DNA from: a virus
Taxonomy: Duplodnaviria; Caudoviricetes
IMG/VR virus record: IMGVR_UViG_3300021399_000125
Location: 34,175 to 98,174 of that record
Reading direction: 5' to 3' (one strand)
Length of the DNA: 64,000 nt
Shown here: positions 34,314 through 43,541 of the stretch, one piece after another
Position numbering within the stretch: the stretch's first letter is position 1
Layout: each line of letters begins with the position of its first letter
Notes under the pieces: generated by a model
What the model saw: only the letters and a program-made list of their open reading frames with translations
What the model was told of the DNA's origin: nothing
Databases searched by the model: none
Position numbers and translations under genes: made by a program

Positions 34314-35525
34314 ATGAAGCTCTCAGGCAGTTTAAGAGACAAAAGAGGGATCTGGCAAATGGTTGTCAGATACAAAGACAAAAACGGACAGGACGCACAA
34401 AAGTCCAGGTCCACAAAAATTCGTGTAGAGGGCAGCACGCCCAGACAGACGCGGCAATACCGCCGCAGCGCAGAAAAGCTTCTGGACGAGTGGATTGCTC
34501 AGCTGGAGTCCGATCCAGGCTTTCAGCTCGGTGACCGGTCGGAGCTGTATCTGACAGACTGCGTCGACCAGTGGATCGAGCGCAGAAAAAGCAGTATCCG
34601 TCTGGACACATACGAGGCCTATCGGTCTTATTTTGACGCGCACATTCAACCCTATTTCGGCCCCAAAAGGCTGAAGCTTGCAGATGTCGTACCAAGGGAC
34701 CTCCAGCGCTTTATTGACGCAGAAAATGCCGCCGGCAGCTCTGCCAACAGCATCAAGAAATACCTGGTACCCATCAACGGCGCCCTCAAGGAGGCAGCGC
34801 AGTACCGGGAGATTCCGTTCAACCCATGCGTCAATCTGACACTCCCGAAGGCCATGAGATTCAAGGGCAAGGCCTACTCTAAGGAGCAGGCCAACGAGCT
34901 GCTCCGGGCAGTCCGGCGCGATCCCATCGAGCCTGCGGTCTATCTGGGGCTGTTCCTGGGTCTACGCCGGTCTGAGGTAGCAGGCCTGCGCTGGGCAGAC
35001 GTAGATCTGGAGAAGGGGACTGTGGAGATCCGCAACACCGTGGTCCGCTTTTGTACGCTCTCAGAGGCAGAGAGAACAAAAAGCGAGGCCAGCCGCAGAA
35101 CGCTGACGCTGCCCGGGCAGTTAAAGGAGTATCTGATACAGCGGAAGCAGACCATGGAGGTCTTAAAGGCGGCGCTTGGCACTGCGTTTCATGACAGCGG
35201 CCATGTCTGCCAATGGCAGAACGGGGAGGCGTACAAGCCGGAGTATATCACAAGACGGTTCAAGCGGATCCTGGAGATCTACCATCTGCCGGAGATCCGG
35301 TTCCACGATCTGCGACACACCGCCGGCAGCCTGCTCATCAGCGGCGGCCAGAAGATCAACTACGTGCAGAAGTTTCTGGGGCACGAAAAGGCCAGCACAA
35401 CATTGGATATTTATACGCACACATACAAAGAGGAGATGCACCAGACGGCGGAGATCATTGATTCCATCCTCAGCACTCAGGGCACAAATGTCCCCGGAAT
35501 GTCCCCAAACCACTCGGATTTTTGA
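34314..35525 (+). CDS. int: Tyrosine integrase
   Basis: GLRRSEV.GLRW, FHDLRHT, LGH...STTLDIYTH. Confidence 0.96.
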   Translation: MKLSGSLRDKRGIWQMVVRYKDKNGQDAQKSRSTKIRVEGSTPRQTRQYRRSAEKLLDEWIAQLESDPGFQLGDRSELYLTDCVDQWIERRKSSIRLDTYEAYRSYFDAHIQPYFGPKRLKLADVVPRDLQRFIDAENAAGSSANSIKKYLVPINGALKEAAQYREIPFNPCVNLTLPKAMRFKGKAYSKEQANELLRAVRRDPIEPAVYLGLFLGLRRSEVAGLRWADVDLEKGTVEIRNTVVRFCTLSEAERTKSEASRRTLTLPGQLKEYLIQRKQTMEVLKAALGTAFHDSGHVCQWQNGEAYKPEYITRRFKRILEIYHLPEIRFHDLRHTAGSLLISGGQKINYVQKFLGHEKASTTLDIYTHTYKEEMHQTAEIIDSILSTQGTNVPGMSPNHSDF

Positions 35526-35590
35526 ACCCCTTGCCCCGCAACGGTTTCCGGCCCCGACGTCAGAAAACCCTTATATACCAACGAATTCAG

Positions 35591-35640
35591 CGACACGAGC
35601 TGACACGAAACGACACCAAACGGCACGAAATAACACGAAC
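35591..35640 (+). repeat. Five 10-bp phased direct repeats (consensus nGACACGAAA), putative Xis sites
   Basis: cgacacgagc tgacacgaaa cgacaccaaa cggcacgaaa taacacgaac. Confidence 0.75.
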
Positions 35641-35644
35641 CTAC

Positions 35645-35694
35645 CTTGAATGGGGTTCAAGAGGCCGCTGGTTCGAATCCAGTCACTCGGACCA
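35645..35694 (+). other. att core: 3' half of tRNA-Pro(GGG), not a complete tRNA
   Basis: CTTGA-ATGGGGT-TCAAG anticodon arm, CTGG-TTCGAAT-CCAG T arm, CACTCGG-ACCA end; no acceptor 5' strand or D arm upstream. Confidence 0.9.
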
Positions 35695-35695
35695 T

Positions 35696-35731
35696 AAAAA
35701 GTCCTGAAATCGTATGGTTTCAGGATTTTTT
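35696..35731 (+). terminator. Terminator downstream of the reconstituted tRNA
   Basis: AAAAAGTCCTGAAATC-GTAT-GGTTTCAGGATTTTTT. Confidence 0.75.
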
Positions 35732-35921
35732 GTACCATTTTTAGTGCGAAAAGTTTAGACATTTTGGCGACAAAAACTCAAATATCAAATGTCCCCGGAA
35801 ATGTCCCCAAACCAAATTCAATTTAGGAGATTATAAACCAAAGCAGTCCACGTACCAAAATCCACATTTTTCTATGTTTGGATAAATTTCTGTATAGATT
35901 TACAGACATTTATCGAGACAT

Positions 35922-35960
35922 AAAAGTTAGGCCAGCTCGTTTGAGCTGGCCTATTTTTTT
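35922..35960. terminator. Probably bidirectional terminator ending the late block
   Basis: TAGGCCAGCTC-GTTT-GAGCTGGCCTA flanked by A- and T-runs. Confidence 0.75.
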
Positions 35961-35961
35961 C

Positions 35962-36186
35962 TTAAGCGTCTTGAATCTCCCAGGACTGAACGATTTTATC
36001 CTCAACCTGTTCCCATTTACAAACGGCAACATGATGCTCGTCTACCTCCGGCGCCTCGGTAAAAACAAGAGGGAGGTACCCAGCGGCGAGAAGATGCTCT
36101 GGCTTTGGATTGTAAATCGTCTTACGCCCAAGATGAATTTTTCTCGGAGCGTATTCAAACACTCCATCAACAATTCTTCCGTACAT
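35962..36186 (-). CDS. Small tail-associated hypothetical protein
   Basis: YAP.......YNP..E.L.AAGYLP pattern seen at the end of phage tail modules. Confidence 0.7.
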   Translation of the reverse strand: MYGRIVDGVFEYAPRKIHLGRKTIYNPKPEHLLAAGYLPLVFTEAPEVDEHHVAVCKWEQVEDKIVQSWEIQDA

Positions 36187-36187
36187 T

Positions 36188-36712
36188 TTATCCTCCGAAG
36201 AAAAGGACGCCGTTCACATACACAGAAAAATTAAATGACGCGCTTGCATTTGCGCCACTGTAGAGTACATACAAACCTGTGATGTCATATGTATTCGCTA
36301 CAGTCATTGTGTAATCAATGGAGTCCTTTGCATTGAATGTCTGGCTTGACAGATATGACCCGGACGTTGCCAGCGCGAGCCGAAGCTCCTGATTTCTGTT
36401 ACTAGCATTCACATCCTTGACGACGAATCGTACCGTATCTCCGGGCAGGAGCGTGAACAACACGTCAGTTACTGTCTTATATGTAGCATTTTCGCTAGAA
36501 GACCGCGGGTCGTAGCCTTGGATGGCCGGAGTGATTGGCGCAAGCTGCGTGCCGGAAACATTGGAGTTTTGGACTGACACATGATTTCTTCCGGATAATA
36601 TAATCTGTCCAGTTGAAAGAACGCTGGAGTAGGATCCTGGAACCAATCTAAACAATGCGGTCCCAGCAGACTGCTGCATCATGGCTCTTCTTCTATGTCT
36701 CAATAGATCCAT
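36188..36712 (-). CDS. Putative tail-tip/receptor-binding accessory protein
   Basis: AAGGAGG SD; MDLLRHRRRAMM start; Ser/Thr/Asn-rich beta-like body. Confidence 0.6.
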   Translation of the reverse strand: MDLLRHRRRAMMQQSAGTALFRLVPGSYSSVLSTGQIILSGRNHVSVQNSNVSGTQLAPITPAIQGYDPRSSSENATYKTVTDVLFTLLPGDTVRFVVKDVNASNRNQELRLALATSGSYLSSQTFNAKDSIDYTMTVANTYDITGLYVLYSGANASASFNFSVYVNGVLFFGG

Positions 36713-36722
36713 AGCGGCCTCC

Positions 36723-37043
36723 TTATGCCGGCCATTCAGAAGACAGACCGTACCCACCCATAATATTCAATTCATATCTCTTATTGGCGTCAACTTCAAA
36801 CGAGTCCGGCATATTGACACTATCAGGAAGCGTCAGAACAGTAGGATCATCTCCAGAAGTGAAGATGATCACCGTAATGTCTTTCCCGTCAGGAACCTCT
36901 GTGACTTCAAGCTCTTCAAGCTCACCATACTCATAGATCGTATCAGGCTGCGCCGCAACAGTCTGAATAGGGGAATCATCTGGCGCCGCAGCTTCAGACA
37001 CCCCTGTAAGCTTAGAAACAATCAGATCGTGCAGCAAGCTCAT
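36723..37043 (-). CDS. Tail-associated hypothetical protein
   Basis: FTSG..PTVLTLP..V........ANKRYELNI motif. Confidence 0.65.
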   Translation of the reverse strand: MSLLHDLIVSKLTGVSEAAAPDDSPIQTVAAQPDTIYEYGELEELEVTEVPDGKDITVIIFTSGDDPTVLTLPDSVNMPDSFEVDANKRYELNIMGGYGLSSEWPA

Positions 37044-37246
37044 TATGCAACACTCCAGTCTTCTGCATTCCCGTTGTTTGTCATCTTAATGTAGACCTTG
37101 CCTTTCTCGCGAACGTATGCCATGCTTCCGATAGCAAGCTTTGCGGCCTCGTGCGATCCAAGCGTGGCAAAAGTGGTCACATAGATATCGAACTGGTTGG
37201 CTGCGCGATATACATCAACGCATTCTTTACGTAAAATCTTATCCAT
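37043..37246 (-). CDS. Hypothetical protein
   Basis: GGAGG SD; AIGSMAYV...GKVY. Confidence 0.65.
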   Translation of the reverse strand: MDKILRKECVDVYRAANQFDIYVTTFATLGSHEAAKLAIGSMAYVREKGKVYIKMTNNGNAEDWSVA

Positions 37247-37275
37247 ATTTAACCTCCGGTTGTATTATCCGGCGA

Positions 37276-37476
37276 TTACTCCACTTCTGGCAGACCGGCC
37301 AGGCTGGTAATAATAGACGCAAGACCTGCAAGAGCTGCGGTCCCGGCCACAGTAAGCCAGTCGACCTGCGCAATAGTGGCCGCAGCGGGGAGCATGGCCG
37401 CGGCCGTCTGAGCCGCAGTGCGGAGAGCGCGAACCAGGGCAGCACGCCACCATTCTTTGGAAAACACCATAATCAT
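37276..37476 (-). CDS. Holin (r1t-type)
   Basis: KEWWRAALVRALRTAAQTA...VDW..VAGTAALAG..SIITSLAGLPEV. Confidence 0.88.
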   Translation of the reverse strand: MIMVFSKEWWRAALVRALRTAAQTAAAMLPAAATIAQVDWLTVAGTAALAGLASIITSLAGLPEVE

Positions 37477-37510
37477 TTCCTCCTTTAGGTATATTACGAG
37501 CCCAACGTCT

Positions 37511-37798
37511 TCAATTGAGGTTGGGCTTGTGCGCAATTTTGTTCAGATGTTTGTCGAGCATCCCGAGAGCTTCCTTACACGGACCATCGCAACCCTGCTC
37601 AATGAGTCCCTGCAGCGCTCCTTTAAGGCCGTAACAGATGATTGTCTGTTCTTCTTTAATTGCAGAGATCTCGTCATTCTGTTTCCGATTGTTATCCAAC
37701 GTTTTGTGAACCGCAATAATCGCTCCGACAAGAGCGCCAACGGCTGCAAGAAAGCTGCCAGCTTTGATCACAATATCGACCATAGCAACACCATTCAT
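37511..37798 (-). CDS. Membrane protein, holin-associated
   Basis: N-terminal TM, IKEEQTIICYG..GALQGL.EQGCDGP. Confidence 0.7.
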   Translation of the reverse strand: MNGVAMVDIVIKAGSFLAAVGALVGAIIAVHKTLDNNRKQNDEISAIKEEQTIICYGLKGALQGLIEQGCDGPCKEALGMLDKHLNKIAHKPNLN

Positions 37799-37888
37799 AT
37801 GTAATCACCTCATGTAGTAATCGCTGTCACCCTTGATTAGAGCGAGCGAGCCCTTCGAGAATCAGGGCTCTTCTTCGTAATAACAGTA

Positions 37889-38851
37889 TCAGTTCCATCT
37901 TACGCCTACCCCACTGTTACCCAAGAAATTCACTTCATAATTTCCAGCTGTGAGATTATACGACGTGCTATTTCCGCTCACCGTACTTGCCGGAGTAACT
38001 CCGTTGACCACAAGAGTCGCATCTGAAGGAATAACGATTGCGCCACCGGAAGATGGGATAGAGAAAATCAGCTCGAAAACTGCGTGTTCAGGGATTTCTG
38101 TGATAGAAATGCCGTTGACAGAATCAAACAAATACACCCTGTTCGACACTGGAGAGAATGAGTGTAACATTCCGCTTTTTTGTTCGAACTGGATGCCTTT
38201 GCTGTCAACGTAATCTTTGTTCGCAGCGTCCTGTTCGCCGGTAGGGCTTTCAATGCCAGATAACCTCGTTGGGCTCCCGCTGTTTGCGCTGAACACAAGA
38301 GACATTGGCTCGTTTTCTTCCGCGGCGACCGGGCGGATAGAAACCGTTTGAGTCGAGTCGCCGATAAAGTTGATTGCCATCTCGCCGGCCCGGCCTTCGA
38401 TATTCAGAACTCTGGATACGCTAGGAGAATCCTTGTTAAGCTTTATCTCGCCAAGCTCGTCAATTTGTTCCTGATATCCCTCTATTTGAGTGCGAAGATC
38501 GAGAATCTCGTCTGTGTTGTCAGTATAGTAGTAATCGCTCGGCTTCTGGCGCCCATAGACCTGGAGAGTAATCGGATCTGAAGACTTGCCGCTGTTATCT
38601 CCAGGTTTGTAGTAGAGATAAATCGTAATCGGGCCTCGATCCTGCAGAAGAATATTCGGAACCTCAGCACTGACACGGCCAGACCGAATAGAGCCTTCCG
38701 TAACATATGCAAGAGTGTGTTCCCGGCCGCAAAAATGTATCTCCGGCACAGGGGAGGTAACCTCACTGTCCAGACAGATCACCTGGTTCAAATCCCACTG
38801 TGTAAGGTGATCGATCTCATTTCCATTCACGTCATAGCATTTTCCTGTCAT
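37889..38851 (-). CDS. Baseplate upper/fibre-like protein
   Basis: LTQWDLNQ, EIHF, VPNILLQ, RQKPSDY (BppU-like N-terminus); DAANKDYVD fibre motif. Confidence 0.7.
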   Translation of the reverse strand: MTGKCYDVNGNEIDHLTQWDLNQVICLDSEVTSPVPEIHFCGREHTLAYVTEGSIRSGRVSAEVPNILLQDRGPITIYLYYKPGDNSGKSSDPITLQVYGRQKPSDYYYTDNTDEILDLRTQIEGYQEQIDELGEIKLNKDSPSVSRVLNIEGRAGEMAINFIGDSTQTVSIRPVAAEENEPMSLVFSANSGSPTRLSGIESPTGEQDAANKDYVDSKGIQFEQKSGMLHSFSPVSNRVYLFDSVNGISITEIPEHAVFELIFSIPSSGGAIVIPSDATLVVNGVTPASTVSGNSTSYNLTAGNYEVNFLGNSGVGVRWN

Positions 38852-38878
38852 TATTTCACCTCGTTTCTGTTGTGATGA

Positions 38879-39694
38879 TCATGCGCAAATATCTACAGGA
38901 TATTCGCAGATAAATGTCACATCTGCAGGCTGATCAGTCTCAACCTGTATCTCGTTCATCCCTCTTTGAAGCGAGATGAAATCAAAATTGCAGGATTTAT
39001 ATAAGTTGGAACCGTTTTTGCATGAAATAATCATCAGACCATTATCAATCAGAATCGACTTCTCGCCGGACGGGATGTCTTCGATTTCAAGCGACTTTCC
39101 GGTGGTGAGGTTCCTGATTGCGAGAGCGCCGCCTCCGTTACCTGTGTACTCTATTTTCACGATTGGGCGATACCCGCGCTCAATTGTACTTAGGTTGTTT
39201 ATCGCGACAGACTCCTGCCCGTTTGTACTGACATGACAGTAATACTCATGCGGGTACATGTACGCATATGGGCAATCACATGTAACAGTCGCGTCAAACC
39301 CAACCGGATCGCCATCGAACTTCGTCAGCTCCAGATTTGTAATCAGGCAGCGGAACCTGTATGGGACCATGTCATCCTGTGAGATCTCCAACCACCTGTA
39401 AGTATCTGGAGACGTCAGCCATCTCGCGACCTGTTCTATCTCGTCTCTCGTCAGATATTTCCCTTCCTCAAGTCTGCAGATATCAATGCTGAGGTAGAGA
39501 TGAAACGACAGCTTCGACGGTCGCTTTACTCCATAGAAGAAGGACCGAAATCTTCTGAACAGATACTCATCTACAATCTCCGGGCCGGAAGAAAACGGTG
39601 CAGAATCTTCGCTGTTCTGAGAAATAGAGTAAGCTACGAGGCCATATTCACGACTATGAATGCCGTCAAATGTAAATTCAGCTTCGAAAGACAT
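38879..39694 (-). CDS. Distal tail (Dit)-like protein
   Basis: FTFDGIHSREYGL, VARWLT..YRWL, TCDCPYAY, LQRGMNEI. Confidence 0.8.
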   Translation of the reverse strand: MSFEAEFTFDGIHSREYGLVAYSISQNSEDSAPFSSGPEIVDEYLFRRFRSFFYGVKRPSKLSFHLYLSIDICRLEEGKYLTRDEIEQVARWLTSPDTYRWLEISQDDMVPYRFRCLITNLELTKFDGDPVGFDATVTCDCPYAYMYPHEYYCHVSTNGQESVAINNLSTIERGYRPIVKIEYTGNGGGALAIRNLTTGKSLEIEDIPSGEKSILIDNGLMIISCKNGSNLYKSCNFDFISLQRGMNEIQVETDQPADVTFICEYPVDICA

Positions 39695-39909
39695 TACTTC
39701 ACCTCGCTATTCTGCAACTCAAACATTCTCTTAAGCGCCTCAGAAATCTGCTCCAGAGTACAAATACTGCCTCCCAGCCGCGTAAGATTATCGCGGCCGG
39801 AAACAGACACACTGTTGAGCACGTTGATTACCGCTCCGAGCTGACTTAAGATTGCCTGTTGTGTTTCATCCTTGTTCATATATATCCTTTCCATCCGATC
39901 AGCTTCCAC
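39694..39909 (-). CDS. Small coiled-coil hypothetical protein
   Basis: LNSVSVSGRDN. Confidence 0.65.
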   Translation of the reverse strand: MEADRMERIYMNKDETQQAILSQLGAVINVLNSVSVSGRDNLTRLGGSICTLEQISEALKRMFELQNSEVK

Positions 39910-42900
39910 TGATCAGGCTTCTGATGTAATCAGTCAAAGAAACGTAATGCGCAGAACTTGTTCCTTTCCCGACACAAAGCATGATAGATTCCGGGTCTGC
40001 CTCAAACCAAACTCTGCTGGACGCTTTGATACGGATATTGCCGGTCAGGCCGTCTGACGTATTGCCGTCTGCATCGAGGAGAATACCTTTGTTTGTTTTC
40101 AATGCAATCAGGTCTGTCACGGTCTGGCCAGCGGCGCCTTGTGTGAACGAAATGGAAGCGGTAGAGTCGTTATTACGCCACACAACACTCCCGTTAAACG
40201 TTCCGTCGCAGCCGTCAAGGGAGCCTTTCATAGTGACGTTGCCGTTTGAATCAACCTGGAACGTAACGTTATTATTTTCGTCACGGATCGTCAGTCCCTT
40301 AAGATCCAGATAATCCGGAAGGAACTGCCCGTCAGAATTTACCATAGAGCTGCCGTTCTCGTCTTTATAGTCAGCGCCGTAGACAGTCCCCTTGAAGGTA
40401 CCGGTGTTGGCGGTCATGTTGCCGTTTGCGTCAACGGCGAAATTTCCGTTGCCAATGCTGATTGTTCCACCGGAGAGAGCTCCGCTGAACGTTCCGTCGC
40501 AACCTTCCAACGTTCCCCGCATATACACGTTTCCGTCGGTGTCTACCCAAAACTTTGCATTACCGGGAGCGCTGCTCGTACCGATATCAATAGCGCCGTC
40601 CTTGACGACCGGGTATTCACCAATAGCAAACCCAAGAACAGGGTCCAAAATAATGTGTTTATGGGAGTCCTCAATATCGAACCTTGCGTTGTGAAGCAGC
40701 GCGCCATTCCCGTCAACGCGGAAGACAGATACGCCGCCGTCCTGCTTCTCTGACTCAATTACAAGATTTCGTCCCGCGAGTAAAGTGCCGACAATACTTG
40801 GAGCGACAATACCCCACGACTCACCAAGATTTGGATCTGAGAAATGACCGATGGCCATCTTTGCAGTATCCCAATTATTGTCAGTGAACACAATGCTGTT
40901 GTTGATGATAGCGATTTCTTCAGGGCTTACAGTCCCGTCGCTGGCAATCTTCCGACCATGGAGTCCGCTTCCGTCAAACACAAGGTTAAAGCCGTCTCCG
41001 GACGAAATTGCATTCTTCGATGCATCGAGCGCTCCGTCCATAAATTCCTTTACGGCAGTCGATGCGCCACTGTCAATAAACGAGTTGTAGCCAAACCTGC
41101 TGGTGTCGAGTGTCCTTCCGAGAGAAACACTTTGCTGAAGCAAATCTACAAGATGGAACGCATTGTCATACATACTGTAGGAACTGCCGAACTTCAACGA
41201 AAGCGACGCCAGATCCTCCAGGTTCAGAGAGACACCTGTAAGAATCGGGTCCATAACAACACCCTCTTCCAGTTCGAGATAGACTCTCTTACCAAGGGCA
41301 GTCTGGAGAACGAAGGATCTGAATTCATCCAGAGCAAAGAAGTTCGCTGAATCAACCGTAAAGGAATAGGTTGGGTACGCCAACTTATTCAGGCAGTCCA
41401 TGCCATACTCAAACAAATCCCACTCCACGGAGTATTGTTCATATTCCGTTGGATTCTGCGTGAAATACAACTGCATGCCGGACGAGCTGAATACAACACG
41501 GCTTCCGTTATACAACGAAGACGGCGTCTCCGAATCGATCACTAAGTCCGAGTCTATTTCAGACCCGTATGACGCAGTTATTGAAAGATGTCCGCCGGAA
41601 AGGCTTTCGCCGTTGATTGCGCCTACACCTGTGTGAGCGGCCAGGACAAACTTCCCATCCTGGCGAATTTCAACAGTAGCTTTATTGATCTGGAACATTG
41701 CAGCCGGCTCTACACCGGACACAGGCTCCTGAACGATTACAGACCCACCGCGGATGTCATAGAGCTTACTCTGTCCGGATTCATTGTAGAGCGTGATATC
41801 AGAACCGGAGAAGGTGATCTCGGCGCCCTGAAGGGGGAAGGAGTGGTCTTCATTGATATAGGCATTGGCGGTAGACAGTACAAAACTGGCTTCGTTCAAA
41901 CTGTCGTCTATGAAGTATCGATCCAGAATCAAAAGCTCTTCGTCAGTAAAGTACGACGCAAAGCTGCACTCCTGATTGATGTCCTTCATTTGCTGCGTAA
42001 CATAAAGCAGCTCCTGATCTGTATTCATTCTGAGGTCGTCTTCGATTTCTTCAATCTGAGACTCAAGCTCTCTGATCTGTTCATTCAGATCCTGGATCTG
42101 CGCCATTGTCTCGATAGAGGTCTTTGTCGGAGCGTCCTGGACAGATACGAGATCAAACTCGATATCTCCCTTTTGCAGCCTGACCGTATGACCGGCGTCA
42201 GTGCTCTGAGGGTGTGTAAGCCTGCCTGAAATGATGCAGTTTCCGTTCTCGATTGCATCAAAAATCGCCCAATAATTTGCTGTTCCGCCAGAAAACCAGT
42301 TCGTTACGCACCGATTATACTCAATAAAATCGTCATTTGTTGTAGTCTGATTTTGATCGTCTTCAACCTTGATATGCGTCAGAAGCTGTCGGCGATATTC
42401 CTCTGTGGTCGGTTCATTCACCACGCCGGAAGCGCTCGGCTCTGTGTCAGAAACGGCAACATACAACTCACTGTGTCCGTTAGAGGTGAGAAGCTCTAAT
42501 TTCGCGTCGCGTACATTTCGGAGAGAAGCAATATTCACATTACGCAGCTCGTTGATCTGGTTCTCTTTTGCCAGACTTTCTGACAAAAGAAGCATCCTTT
42601 TTATTGCCAGTCTGTAATACTCTGGCTGGGACTCGTCAAATGTTTGCTTCCAGTTTTCCCATTTCTCAATCATTTCTCGGGAGAAATGATCTGTGTTCAT
42701 GTAATAGTCAAGGTTATAGATTCTGTTTGTCCCTGTCGGATTCACGCTTCTGATATCGACGCCGTCGGCGCCGTTTACGTCAAGAACCGTGACCAAGTCA
42801 TCAGTTTCTTCCTTGACCGTTATTTTCTTCGCCAGATTATCAAGAGAGATAAACACAGCAGAAGTCTCTGCGTCAGACTCGGTGTGCTTGACGTTGATTT

Positions 42901-43465
42901 TTCTGGCGTACGTGTCAAACTCAAATATGCAGCTGTATGACTTTTGAACGGTCGATTTAATAAAGTCATAGACATTCGCATTGCTTACGGAAAACGTGCG
43001 ATATTTCCCGATCAGCTTTTCATCAACCTCGCCGACCGACCAGGACGGCATATACTCAAGAATAATGCCGAGAACCGTTTCGTCAGGAGCTGTAGGATTC
43101 CAGAAATTATATGTGCTCTCCTCAAGCGACATCTTCTTCTTTGAGAACTCATACTCAAGAGAAAATGCCTTGCAGGTTTTAATTTCCTTAAGCCCGTCAT
43201 TTTCTCTCTCCGGATCGACGAGATAAAACTGCCCCCAACCAATCAGATCAACGATTCTTGTTCCGACTACCTTCTCATACCCTGGGGTCTTTACTCCATC
43301 TACATATTTTGGCAGAGAAAAAGTCAGCGTTGAAACTTCGTTATAGCAAAGCTCAAGCTGCAAACCATAGGCGCAACCAAGCACCTGAATTGCTGTGTTG
43401 TCCAGATTGCGGAGCACCAGCTTCGGCGTGTCCTTCAATTGGATCTTGGAAAAATCAATTACCAA
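39899..43465 (-). CDS. Baseplate hub/tail spike (Tal-like) protein
   Basis: 1188 aa right after the TMP; NEVSTLTF, KAFSLEYE, FEFDTY, SVNPTG.N.IYNLDYY; C-terminal Gly-rich beta repeats. Confidence 0.8.
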   Translation of the reverse strand: MVIDFSKIQLKDTPKLVLRNLDNTAIQVLGCAYGLQLELCYNEVSTLTFSLPKYVDGVKTPGYEKVVGTRIVDLIGWGQFYLVDPERENDGLKEIKTCKAFSLEYEFSKKKMSLEESTYNFWNPTAPDETVLGIILEYMPSWSVGEVDEKLIGKYRTFSVSNANVYDFIKSTVQKSYSCIFEFDTYARKINVKHTESDAETSAVFISLDNLAKKITVKEETDDLVTVLDVNGADGVDIRSVNPTGTNRIYNLDYYMNTDHFSREMIEKWENWKQTFDESQPEYYRLAIKRMLLLSESLAKENQINELRNVNIASLRNVRDAKLELLTSNGHSELYVAVSDTEPSASGVVNEPTTEEYRRQLLTHIKVEDDQNQTTTNDDFIEYNRCVTNWFSGGTANYWAIFDAIENGNCIISGRLTHPQSTDAGHTVRLQKGDIEFDLVSVQDAPTKTSIETMAQIQDLNEQIRELESQIEEIEDDLRMNTDQELLYVTQQMKDINQECSFASYFTDEELLILDRYFIDDSLNEASFVLSTANAYINEDHSFPLQGAEITFSGSDITLYNESGQSKLYDIRGGSVIVQEPVSGVEPAAMFQINKATVEIRQDGKFVLAAHTGVGAINGESLSGGHLSITASYGSEIDSDLVIDSETPSSLYNGSRVVFSSSGMQLYFTQNPTEYEQYSVEWDLFEYGMDCLNKLAYPTYSFTVDSANFFALDEFRSFVLQTALGKRVYLELEEGVVMDPILTGVSLNLEDLASLSLKFGSSYSMYDNAFHLVDLLQQSVSLGRTLDTSRFGYNSFIDSGASTAVKEFMDGALDASKNAISSGDGFNLVFDGSGLHGRKIASDGTVSPEEIAIINNSIVFTDNNWDTAKMAIGHFSDPNLGESWGIVAPSIVGTLLAGRNLVIESEKQDGGVSVFRVDGNGALLHNARFDIEDSHKHIILDPVLGFAIGEYPVVKDGAIDIGTSSAPGNAKFWVDTDGNVYMRGTLEGCDGTFSGALSGGTISIGNGNFAVDANGNMTANTGTFKGTVYGADYKDENGSSMVNSDGQFLPDYLDLKGLTIRDENNNVTFQVDSNGNVTMKGSLDGCDGTFNGSVVWRNNDSTASISFTQGAAGQTVTDLIALKTNKGILLDADGNTSDGLTGNIRIKASSRVWFEADPESIMLCVGKGTSSAHYVSLTDYIRSLISGS

Positions 43466-43541
43466 TATTGCGCCTCCTTTAATTCGATACTAAATATAGA
43501 CATATATGTTGACCCGGGGCTGTTACGCCCCGGGTCTTTTT

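Larger units (their letters stand above)
35485..35814 (+). other. attP region
   Basis: Arm repeats CAAATGTCCCCGGA(A)ATGTCCCCAAACCA at 35485-35512 and 35786-35814 flank a tRNA 3' fragment. Confidence 0.85.

Noticed and set aside
35591-35640. CRISPR array
   Set aside because: Contiguous 10-bp units with no spacers and no cas genes
35645-35694. Second functional tRNA gene
   Set aside because: Only the 3' half is present; the 5' side is replaced by 10-bp repeats, so it is an att core
36188-36712. Diversity-generating retroelement target
   Set aside because: No reverse transcriptase or TR/VR pair seen in the window
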